Of a stretch of 64,000 nt of DNA, positions 1 to 7,225 are shown piece by piece. Both the position numbers and the translations under genes were made by a program. The DNA lies in contig CAWGWO010000007.1 of the NCBI GenBank assembly GCA_963826295.1, positions 57,887-121,886 of the forward strand. Reading direction: 5' to 3'. The number at the start of each line of letters is the position of its first letter. Positions within the stretch are counted from its first letter, which is position 1. The stretch comes from an uncultured Alphaproteobacteria bacterium. GTDB lineage: Bacteria > Pseudomonadota > Alphaproteobacteria > Rhizobiales > Xanthobacteraceae. Under the pieces are notes generated by a model. It had not been told where the DNA came from, ran no database searches, and saw only the letters and a program-made list of their open reading frames with translations.

Positions 1-171
1 GATATCCTCGCGCCATTCGAGGAGCTTCACGCGAAAGTACTCGCGCTGCCGCTCATTCATGAACGGCTCCCGGTCGGTCGGGCGGTAGATCTTGTCAAAA
101 GGCTGGATCGCCTTGCCATTCCTGCTCGATGTCTCGTCGGGTCGACCGTTCTTGGTTTTTGTCGACTGCAT
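1..171 (-). CDS. dksA: DksA/TraR-family RNA polymerase-binding regulator, 5' part only (gene runs off the window start)
   Basis: Not in the ORF track (57 codons). The reverse complement of 171..1 reads MQSTKTKNGRPDETSSRNGKAIQPFDKIYRPTDREPFMNERQREYFRVKLLEWREDI. The FMNERQ.EYFR.KLL.W.EDI stretch matches the conserved start of the DksA coiled coil. Confidence 0.7.
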   Translation of the reverse strand, partial: MQSTKTKNGRPDETSSRNGKAIQPFDKIYRPTDREPFMNERQREYFRVKLLEWREDI

Positions 172-299
172 GTCCCTCTACTCCGCGCATACGACCGCGC
201 CAAAGCCCTCCCGGAGGCGCGCTCCTATAGCGCGGGTCTGTGACGGTGACAATAACGATGGTGGCGGACCGGAAACCGCGGTTCTTGAGCGAAGCGCGA

Positions 300-719
300 T
301 CAGTTCATTCCGGCTTTGGCGAGTTCCACGGCGACCCGCAGGTCGATCTCGCTCAAAACCTGGTCGAGCTTGTCATCCCCGGAGCCGTCCTTGAGGTCGC
401 TGGCGACCGCTTTTAGCCGCAACAGCATGGCCTGATCGAGAGTGCCGGAGAGAAGACCGAGCTTGAGCTCGTCCAGCGCGTCGAGCGCCCGAGTGCCATG
501 CTTGACCGCTCGGCGCCGGCGCTCCAACGGATCTTCGATGCCCTGTAGCGCAATTAACGCGTCAATGCCGCCCAGCGTGCGCAGCGCGACCGCCGCGCTC
601 TGAGCTTGCGGCGTGTTGGCCTCGGAAACACTAAAGCTTCCGCCGGCTGAGCGCCGGGCCGTCGCCGGCGCCGAGGCCAGTGACGCTCCGTTCGGTCCAT
701 TGACGCGCATGATGGGCAA
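300..719 (-). CDS. fliX: Flagellar assembly regulator FliX
   Basis: 139-aa ORF with IDALIALQ...PLERRRRAV...LDELK and a C-terminal LSEIDLRVAVELAK, as in Caulobacter-type FliX. It is divergent from flgI, the classical arrangement. The start is either TTG at 719 or ATG at 710. Confidence 0.75.
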   Translation of the reverse strand: MPIMRVNGPNGASLASAPATARRSAGGSFSVSEANTPQAQSAAVALRTLGGIDALIALQGIEDPLERRRRAVKHGTRALDALDELKLGLLSGTLDQAMLLRLKAVASDLKDGSGDDKLDQVLSEIDLRVAVELAKAGMN

Positions 720-734
720 GGTGGGCCTTTATAG

Positions 735-783
735 TTAATGGCCGGTAAAAACTTGCCGGGCGCGAACCGGCAACAATTGCCGC
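735..783. promoter_or_regulatory. fliX-flgI intergenic control region: a CtrA-box-like element and two dyad sites of the CCGGCA-N5-TGCCGG type
   Basis: The minus strand reads TTTACCGGCCATTAAC (735..750), one mismatch from TTAA-N7-TTAAC. The dyads are CCGGTAAAAACTTGCCGG (742..759) and CCGGCAACAATTGCCGC (767..783). They lie 95-135 bp upstream of the sigma54-like promoter at 879. Confidence 0.4.
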
Positions 784-878
784 GAGCGGCAGGGAATGCT
801 TGCGGCCAGCCACGATCAAAGTCTGCAAAACGCCAAATAACGTCGCTATTTCAATAGTTTTTATGGCGAGATGTGATC

Positions 879-894
879 TGGCACGCAATTGGCA
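879..894 (+). promoter_or_regulatory. sigma54 (-24/-12) promoter candidate for flgI
   Basis: TGGCACGCAATTGGCA compared with TGGCACG-N4-TTGCW. The GG-N10-GC spacing is kept and there is one mismatch. It lies about 37 nt upstream of the ATG at 931, which is preceded by GGAG. Confidence 0.5.
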
Positions 895-930
895 ATGGAT
901 TTGGCGTCCGACCTTCTGGGGGAGCAGGAG

Positions 931-2040
931 ATGACGGGGACGCTTCGGAGCGGCCTATTTGCGCTTCTTGTCGTTACGTGCGCCGTTTCGACGGCGACGG
1001 CGACGTCGCGCATTAAAGATCTCGCTAATATCGAGGGTATCCGGCAGAATCAGTTGATCGGCTACGGCCTCGTAGTCGGGCTCAACGGCACCGGCGACAC
1101 CCTCAACAATACGCCTTTCACCAAGCAATCCTTGCAGGGCATGCTTGAGCGGCTCGGCGTCAACATCCGCGGCCAGCAGATCCGCACCGGCAACGTCGCC
1201 GCCGTTATGGTCACGGCGAATCTGCCGCCATTCGCCACCCAGGGCACCCGGATCGACGTCACCGCCTCGGCGCTGGGCGACTCCAAGAGCCTGCTCGGCG
1301 GCACGCTTCTGGTGACGCCGCTCCTCGGCGCCGACGGCAACGTCTATGCGGTCGCCCAAGGCTCGCTTGCCATTGGCGGCTTTCAGGTCGAGGGCGAAGC
1401 GGCCAAGGTCACGCGAGGCGTGCCGACTGTCGGCCGGCTGCCCAATGGCGCCATCATCGAACGCGAGATCGAGTTCTCGCTTGACACGCTGAGCCGGCTC
1501 CGGCTGTCGCTGCGCAATCCCGACTTCACCACCGCAAAGCGCATCGCCATCGCGATCAACGACTATATCGGCGCGCCGGTTGCCGAGCCGCTCGATCCTT
1601 CGACCGTGCAGCTCACGCTGCCGAAGAAATTTCCACAGAATGTGGTGGCCATGCTCACCGATATCGAGCAGCTACAGGTCGAGCCGGACGAGGCGGCGAA
1701 AATCGTCATCGATGAGCGCTCCGGCGTTATCGTCATCGGCCGCGATGTGCGCGTATCGACGGTCGCGGTGGCTCAGGGCAACCTCACCGTGACAATTTCG
1801 GAAACGCCGCAGGTCAGCCAGCCGGCACCACTGTCGCGCGGCCGCACCGTGGTGGTGCCGCGCACCCATGTCGGCGTGGTCGAGGAAGGCAAGAAGCTCG
1901 CCCTGGTCCAGGAAGGCGTGTCCTTGCAGCAGATCGTCGATGGGCTCAACGCACTCGGCATCGGCCCCCGCGATCTCATCTCCATTCTGCAAGCGATCAA
2001 AGCCGCCGGCGCCATCCAAGCAGACATCGAGGTGATGTAA
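931..2040 (+). CDS. flgI: Flagellar P-ring protein FlgI
   Basis: The ORF track gives 889..2040. I prefer the ATG at 931 because it has a GGAGCAGGAG Shine-Dalgarno sequence and position 889 lies inside the promoter motif. There is a signal peptide followed by SRIKDLANIEGIRQNQLIGYGLVVGLNGTGD, the hallmark FlgI N-terminus. Confidence 0.93.
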   Translation: MTGTLRSGLFALLVVTCAVSTATATSRIKDLANIEGIRQNQLIGYGLVVGLNGTGDTLNNTPFTKQSLQGMLERLGVNIRGQQIRTGNVAAVMVTANLPPFATQGTRIDVTASALGDSKSLLGGTLLVTPLLGADGNVYAVAQGSLAIGGFQVEGEAAKVTRGVPTVGRLPNGAIIEREIEFSLDTLSRLRLSLRNPDFTTAKRIAIAINDYIGAPVAEPLDPSTVQLTLPKKFPQNVVAMLTDIEQLQVEPDEAAKIVIDERSGVIVIGRDVRVSTVAVAQGNLTVTISETPQVSQPAPLSRGRTVVVPRTHVGVVEEGKKLALVQEGVSLQQIVDGLNALGIGPRDLISILQAIKAAGAIQADIEVM

Positions 2041-2387
2041 TGACCTTTGCCGCCGCCTCGTCGGCCGCCACAGCCGCCGAACTCAGTCAGACCATCGGCT
2101 CGATCGGGAGCGCACAGACCGCGCAAGCAAAGGCCGCCCTCGGCATCAAAGGCAAGGCGAAAGCCGCCGCCCAGCAATTCGAAGCGATGTTCCTCGATTC
2201 AATGTTCCAGCAAATGTTCACGGGCGTCGATGGCGACGGGCCGTTCGGAGGCAGCGGCGCACTGAAGGTGTGGCGGTCGATGCTCACCGATCAATACGCC
2301 AAGACATTTGCCCAGAACGGCGGCATCGGCATTGCATCTCATGTCTATGAGCAGTTGCTTAAACAGCAGGGCCTGAACCCATCATGA
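2040..2387 (+). CDS. Rod-binding protein (FlgJ N-terminal domain only, CheL-like); no muramidase domain
   Basis: 115 aa with the AAQQFEAMFLDSMFQQMF rod-binding motif. It overlaps the flgI stop (ATGA-type coupling). Confidence 0.8.
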   Translation: MTFAAASSAATAAELSQTIGSIGSAQTAQAKAALGIKGKAKAAAQQFEAMFLDSMFQQMFTGVDGDGPFGGSGALKVWRSMLTDQYAKTFAQNGGIGIASHVYEQLLKQQGLNPS

Positions 2388-2845
2388 GCAAGACAACCAC
2401 CATCGTAACCTCCGCCGAGGCGGAAGCCGCTATCGCCCAGGTGGCGCAATTGATCGAGAAGCTCACCGGCATCGTCGAGCAGGAAACCGCCCTCGTGCAT
2501 GCCGGAAAAGTTCGCAACGCCGCCGCGCTCGGCACAGCCAAGAGCGAACTCGCCGGCCAGTTGTACACCGGCGGCGAGCGGCTCAAGGCGAACGCAAAAT
2601 TTCTGATGAAAGCGGCGCCGGCGGCAGCCGCGACACTCAATCGCCTGCAAGCAAGGTTTCGCGCCGCGCTGCAAAAGAACATGATCGTGCTGGCAACCTC
2701 GCACGCAGTATCGGAGGGCATCGTGCGCCGGTTGTCCGGCGACCTCGCCCGCAAGGCCTCGCCGCAAGTCTACGGAGCGACCGGGCGCGCCGTGACGCCA
2801 AACCCGAAACACGGCAAGCCGCTCGCCATCAGCCGGACATTGTAG
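2384..2845 (+). CDS. Flagellar operon protein, FlgN-like/FlbY-like (function uncertain)
   Basis: 153 aa, helical, translationally coupled to the rod-binding gene (4-bp overlap). It occupies the same position as the third gene of alphaproteobacterial flgI operons. Confidence 0.5.
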   Translation: MSKTTTIVTSAEAEAAIAQVAQLIEKLTGIVEQETALVHAGKVRNAAALGTAKSELAGQLYTGGERLKANAKFLMKAAPAAAATLNRLQARFRAALQKNMIVLATSHAVSEGIVRRLSGDLARKASPQVYGATGRAVTPNPKHGKPLAISRTL

Positions 2846-2851
2846 GTCGGA

Positions 2852-5389
2852 TCACTCCGCGCGACTCGCCTGCGCGGCTGCATGATCGGACCGGCGCGCG
2901 ACCTCTTCAAGTTCGCAACGCACCCGCTCGACGGGATCGCTCCAGTCGCCGATTACTTTTTGCCGGAATATCCGCATGCTCGGATACCAGGGACTGTCGG
3001 TGCGATCGCGCAGCCAGCGCCAATCTGGCGAATATGGGATAAGGAGTGCCACCGCCTTGCCCATCGCCCCGGCGAGATGCGCGACTGACGTATCAACCGC
3101 GATGATAAGGTCGAGCATGGCGATGACGGCCGCCGTGTCGGAAAAGTCGGCAAATTCCTGCCCAAGCTGTGCGACGCCGTGCTCGCGCAGGATCGCAGCA
3201 TCCGCATCACTCACTGCTTTTTGCACGCTGACGAAATCAAGGCCCGGCACGGACAACACCCGCCGCAAATACTCGAGCTGCATCGAACGATTGCGGTCGT
3301 TCGAATGGACCGGGTTGCCCGCCCAGCACAATCCTATCCGTCGACGCCCGTGCTGCGGCAACCGCGGTCGCCAGGCATCGATGCGTTCGGGATATGGACA
3401 CACATAGGGAATCGTCGCCGGTATCGTTTCAAGCTTCGTGCCGAACGCCAGCGGCAAACTCAAGAGCGCGCAATGCAAATCAAAATCGGGCAGCCCATCA
3501 CCGTCGGCGAATATGGCGGAAACACCCGGCACCGAGCACATTAGCATTTTAAGCGGCGGCTGCACGGCGAGCAGCACCTTGGCGCCGCGCGCCGCGACGA
3601 GCGGCGCATAGCGCACAAACTGGAGCGTGTCGCCCAAGCCCTGCTCGGCGTGCAGCAGCACGGTCTTTCCGGTCAAGTCTTGCTGCCCGTCCCAGGCCGG
3701 CTGGGAAAAGTCGCCGCGCTGCGCCGCCAAATCCTTTCGTTTCCAGCGATACTCGTATTGCTTCCAGCCGTCGTGGTAATCGCCCATGCACAGGCGCGTG
3801 AGCGCCGCGTTGAAGTTGGCGTCGACGTTGTCCGGCTCGAGCGCCAGCGCCCGTCCATAACTTGCGAGTGCCTCCTCCATCCGCACCGACTTGAGAAACG
3901 CGTTGCCGCGATTGACATGAGCGGCGACGCCGTTCGGTTCGACGCGCAGCACCTTCTCATAACACGCGAGCGCCTCGTCGATGCGGTCGATTTCGGCAAG
4001 CGCGACGCCCCGATTGTTGAGCACGTCGGTCTGGTCGGGTTTGATCGCGAGCACCTCGTCGTAGGTCACCAATGCCTCGGCGTAGCGCTTGTCTTTGCGG
4101 AAGGCATTGCCACGGCTGACCATCGCGCCGAGATGGCCGGGGTCGCGCGTGAGCGCCCGGTCGAAGCTCGAGAGCGCGTCATCGATCCGATCGAGGTCGA
4201 GCAGCGTGGCGCCGCGATTGACGTGAACGTCAACGCGATCCGGCGCCGCCGCAAGGGCCGCATCGTAGCTTGCCAGGGCTTCCGCGTGACGGCCGAGCTT
4301 GCCGAGCACGACACCGCGGGTGTTGAGGGCGTCGGCGTCGGCTGGATCTTTCGCCAGCAGACGGTCGCACGGCGCGAGCGCCTCCTCGAAGCGCTCTAGA
4401 ACGGCTAGCGCATTGGCGCGGTTATGCAGCGCGCCGCGATGCTCCGGGTCGACCGCGAGCACGCGATCGTAGCTCTCCAGCGCCTCACCTGCCCGCTTGA
4501 GCCCAATCAACGCCAAACCGAGATTGTTGAGCGCATCCAGGCGCTGCGGCTCGATCGCGAGCGCCTCTGCAAAGCTTGCGCGCGCATCCTCGGCGCGACC
4601 AAGGCTCAGCAATGCGTTGCCGCGATTATAGTGTGCGTCTGCGTAGCCCGGATTTTCGGCGAGCGCGCGCTCGCAACTTTGCAGCGCCTCCTCGAAGCGG
4701 CCGAGCTCCGACAGCGTCACACCACGATTGTTAAGCACCTCCGGTTCTTTCGGCTCGAGGGCGAGCGCCGCATCGTAGGCGGCGAGCGCCTCATCGGGCC
4801 GATTGATCGCTCCGAGTGCAATGCCACGGCGGTTGAGCGCCTTGATGTGGCGCGGCCGCAACGCCAGCACCTTGGCGTAGCCGGCGAGCGCGTCTTGGTG
4901 GCGGCCGAGCGCGCAGAGTGTGTTGCCGCGCCGGTAAAGCGCGTCGACGTGGTCGGGCACCAGGGCGAGCGCGCGGTCGTAGCTCGCCAGCGCGTCGGCG
5001 TGCCGCCCGAGTCCTTGCAAAGCGTTGGCGCGATTATAATGCGCAGCGGCATTGTTGGCGCGCAGCGCCAGAACCCTATCGAAGCTTGTCAGCGCCTCCT
5101 GGTGACGCTTGAGCGCGTCAAGAATGACACCGTAATTTACCAGCGCGTCCGCAGATCCCGGCTGGGCTTTGAGCGCCGCCGCAACGAGGCGTAAGCCTTC
5201 GGTCGATTGGCCCTGCTGGTGCTTGAGCACGCCGCTCAGATGCAGCGCGTCGAAATTGCGGGGATCGCCGGTGAGAACCGAATCGTAGATTCGTGCGGCT
5301 TCTTCGAGACGTCCCCGCTGATGCAGGACAAGCGCCTGTTGAATGGACTGCGCCGTCTGCGGGCGCTGCGCCCTTGCCTGCTTACCCAT
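2852..5389 (-). CDS. Multi-TPR protein with a C-terminal GT9-like (heptosyltransferase-fold) glycosyltransferase domain
   Basis: About 15 tandem 34-aa TPR units (A..Y..AL...P....AL.N.G) are followed by GKTVLLHAEQGLGDTLQFVRY...IGLCWAGNP...DTAAVIAMLDLIIAVDTSVAHLAGAMGK, the GT9-type signature. The ORF track start is 5494; the ATG at 5389 (MGKQARAQ) is more plausible. Confidence 0.75.
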   Translation of the reverse strand: MGKQARAQRPQTAQSIQQALVLHQRGRLEEAARIYDSVLTGDPRNFDALHLSGVLKHQQGQSTEGLRLVAAALKAQPGSADALVNYGVILDALKRHQEALTSFDRVLALRANNAAAHYNRANALQGLGRHADALASYDRALALVPDHVDALYRRGNTLCALGRHQDALAGYAKVLALRPRHIKALNRRGIALGAINRPDEALAAYDAALALEPKEPEVLNNRGVTLSELGRFEEALQSCERALAENPGYADAHYNRGNALLSLGRAEDARASFAEALAIEPQRLDALNNLGLALIGLKRAGEALESYDRVLAVDPEHRGALHNRANALAVLERFEEALAPCDRLLAKDPADADALNTRGVVLGKLGRHAEALASYDAALAAAPDRVDVHVNRGATLLDLDRIDDALSSFDRALTRDPGHLGAMVSRGNAFRKDKRYAEALVTYDEVLAIKPDQTDVLNNRGVALAEIDRIDEALACYEKVLRVEPNGVAAHVNRGNAFLKSVRMEEALASYGRALALEPDNVDANFNAALTRLCMGDYHDGWKQYEYRWKRKDLAAQRGDFSQPAWDGQQDLTGKTVLLHAEQGLGDTLQFVRYAPLVAARGAKVLLAVQPPLKMLMCSVPGVSAIFADGDGLPDFDLHCALLSLPLAFGTKLETIPATIPYVCPYPERIDAWRPRLPQHGRRRIGLCWAGNPVHSNDRNRSMQLEYLRRVLSVPGLDFVSVQKAVSDADAAILREHGVAQLGQEFADFSDTAAVIAMLDLIIAVDTSVAHLAGAMGKAVALLIPYSPDWRWLRDRTDSPWYPSMRIFRQKVIGDWSDPVERVRCELEEVARRSDHAAAQASRAE

Positions 5390-5511
5390 GCCCAACCGAA
5401 ACCGGCACGAAAGTCGCGAAAGATCGCCTGTGCCTGCCCTGCCGCAAGGTCCGCGAAGATGGTTAATCGACCGTAAAGCGCGAGCCGTGAACACGGCCTA
5501 TTAACCCAGTG

Positions 5512-5527
5512 ATGGCATCTAGGATGC
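5512..5527 (+). promoter_or_regulatory. sigma54-like -24/-12 element upstream of the Ser/Thr-rich gene
   Basis: TGGCATCTAGGATGCA has correct GG-N10-GC spacing. Mismatches fall only at less conserved positions. It lies 27 nt upstream of the ATG at 5554. Confidence 0.4.
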
Positions 5528-5553
5528 AGTTGGCGTGGCAGAGTCAGAATTCG

Positions 5554-6366
5554 ATGAGCATCCAAAGTATTTCGTTTTATCAGCAGGACCAAAACTACTG
5601 GCAGCAGGCGCAGGCCCAAAGTCAGTCTTCTTCGGCGGATGCCTCGCTGATCAACGTGATGGCCCAGGCGGAGACGAATCTCGGGAAGGGCTTGGCTAGT
5701 ATCGCCAACGAGACTGCTTTGAAACGGGTCAATTCTGAACTGTCGGCCGCGGTGCAAAGTGTTCTGAGCGGTTCGACAAGCACTTCGACGTCGTCGACAT
5801 CCTCATCCAGCGCTTCAACCACTTCCGCTTCGAATTCAGCTGCGGCTACACCGACGCCGGCGACCGGTACGGGCACCGTGCCGCTGACGTCGAGTTCGAC
5901 GCTGTCCAGTCTGGGGATTTTGCCGGGCGGTACCTTCAGCATCGATGACGGAACCAATATCACCCAATACACGTCGACCGGTACCGATACGGTTGCCGAT
6001 CTGGTAAACGCCATCAACTCCGGCCCGGCCTTTGTTACCGCCTCGATCAACGCCAACGACAAACTCGTCATAACGGCGAGGAACACCAAGGAGATCGTTA
6101 CCGTTCAAGGCAGCGGGACCGATGCCGTCGCCCTCGGATTCGGCAACAACAACGACAGCTTTACGCCGACGACGCCTACAGCCGCCTCGACAAGTGCTTC
6201 AAGCGCATCGAGCAGCGCGTCCTCGGCAAGCTCGACTTCGTCCACGACTACGTCGAACAGCTCGTCCACTGCCGTTACATCAGTTGCCCAGGAGATTTCC
6301 AGCAGCGCCGCATCCATTCTGAGCGCAAGCGGCATCAGCGGCACCCTAGTCGATATGCTGGCGTGA
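5554..6366 (+). CDS. Ser/Thr-rich protein carrying a flagellin/hook-type central module (DUF1522-like); function unknown
   Basis: The ORF track gives 5509..6366. The start at 5554 (MSIQSISFYQQ) is inferred from the promoter position. Poly-Ser/Thr tracts flank the module LTSSSTLSSLGILPGGTFSIDDGTNITQYTSTGTDTVADLVNAINSG...GSGTDAVALGFGNNNDSFTPT. That module aligns with FlgE residues about 224-324. Confidence 0.7.
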   Translation: MSIQSISFYQQDQNYWQQAQAQSQSSSADASLINVMAQAETNLGKGLASIANETALKRVNSELSAAVQSVLSGSTSTSTSSTSSSSASTTSASNSAAATPTPATGTGTVPLTSSSTLSSLGILPGGTFSIDDGTNITQYTSTGTDTVADLVNAINSGPAFVTASINANDKLVITARNTKEIVTVQGSGTDAVALGFGNNNDSFTPTTPTAASTSASSASSSASSASSTSSTTTSNSSSTAVTSVAQEISSSAASILSASGISGTLVDMLA

Positions 6367-6373
6367 CGCGGCG

Positions 6374-7168
6374 CTAAGCGCTGGCGCGACCGAACTGCGA
6401 GGATAGATCGCCGCAAAACGTCATCGGACCGACGTGGGCGAGCTTGCTGTTGAGGTCCGCCCAGATTTCGCCGCCCATATCGGTCCAGCGCTTGCAGAAG
6501 GCGAAGTCCTCGCTGAGATAGGTGCCGTCCTCGGCGATCATGCATTCGAATAGCGCAAATCTTTTTTCGCTTGCGCTTGCCGCATCGATCGAATGGTCGC
6601 GCTTGAATTGCAGTTGCGGATAACGCGCGCACATTTTCTCCAGCGCAGCCCGCCGGATCATGAGAAAGCCGGCGCCGGCGTAGCGGACTTTGACAAATCC
6701 GCCGCTTTCGATGACGGCGCCCGGATCCTCCACCTCGACTACGTAGCTCAGCGCCGCCGCGGCCGGATTGGGACGCTCCGTCTCGATGCTTGACCTGACC
6801 TTATCCCAGTCGATCCGCTTGATCGGATAGACGGCTGCGCACATCTGCGCGCCGCATTCTATCAGGCGCAGCACCTGCTCCGGCTCGAAGCCGATGTCGG
6901 CGTCCAGGAATAACAAGTGGGTGGCAGATGCGTCGTCGAGGAATTGCGCGACCAAGCTCGCGCGCGCGCGAGTGATCAGGGCGTCGCCGTCCTTGAATAA
7001 CAGCTTGAGGTTGAAGTCACCGTAATTTCGCGCTATTGTTTGCAGCCTTAACAGCGACGCCGCGCAGAGGACCGAAATCTGGCCGCCGAAGCACGGCATC
7101 GCGACGACGAGATTGACCCGATTGGGCAAAACGGTCGCGGCCATCGCAGAGTTCACCCGACTTTGCAT
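6374..7168 (-). CDS. GT-A-like glycosyltransferase candidate (DxD motif)
   Basis: 264 aa. It contains VVAMPCFGGQI...ITRARASLVAQFL...THLLFLDADIGFEPEQVLRL...AAVYPIK, the layout of a small nucleotide-sugar transferase family. The assignment is from memory only. Confidence 0.5.
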   Translation of the reverse strand: MQSRVNSAMAATVLPNRVNLVVAMPCFGGQISVLCAASLLRLQTIARNYGDFNLKLLFKDGDALITRARASLVAQFLDDASATHLLFLDADIGFEPEQVLRLIECGAQMCAAVYPIKRIDWDKVRSSIETERPNPAAAALSYVVEVEDPGAVIESGGFVKVRYAGAGFLMIRRAALEKMCARYPQLQFKRDHSIDAASASEKRFALFECMIAEDGTYLSEDFAFCKRWTDMGGEIWADLNSKLAHVGPMTFCGDLSSQFGRASA

Positions 7169-7199
7169 TTATAGTTAATCAATAACCAACACGAACGGT

Positions 7200-7225
7200 T
7201 AAAGGCTGATTAAGCGCGCCGATAA
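7200..7225 (+). promoter_or_regulatory. sigma28 (FliA)-like promoter motif upstream of flagellin
   Basis: TAAA-N14-GCCGATAA compared with the enterobacterial TAAA-N15-GCCGATAA. It would give a leader of about 245 nt. A weaker sigma54-like AGGCAATCCTTCGGCA lies at 7369..7384. Confidence 0.3.

Noticed and set aside
92-394. 100-aa plus-strand ORF at the window start
   Set aside because: It overlaps both the dksA 5' end and the fliX 3' end on the opposite strand, and its sequence is Arg/Pro-rich.
3650-5194. Long plus-strand ORFs (249 aa and 256 aa) opposite the TPR-glycosyltransferase gene
   Set aside because: They are shadow ORFs typical of high-GC DNA, with Arg/Ala/Glu-rich low-information translations. 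The opposite strand carries a clear periodic TPR protein.
5770-6290. Ser/Thr codon tracts considered as DNA tandem repeats or a CRISPR-like array
   Set aside because: This is low-complexity coding sequence without a fixed repeat unit or spacers. The reading frame is open and coherent.
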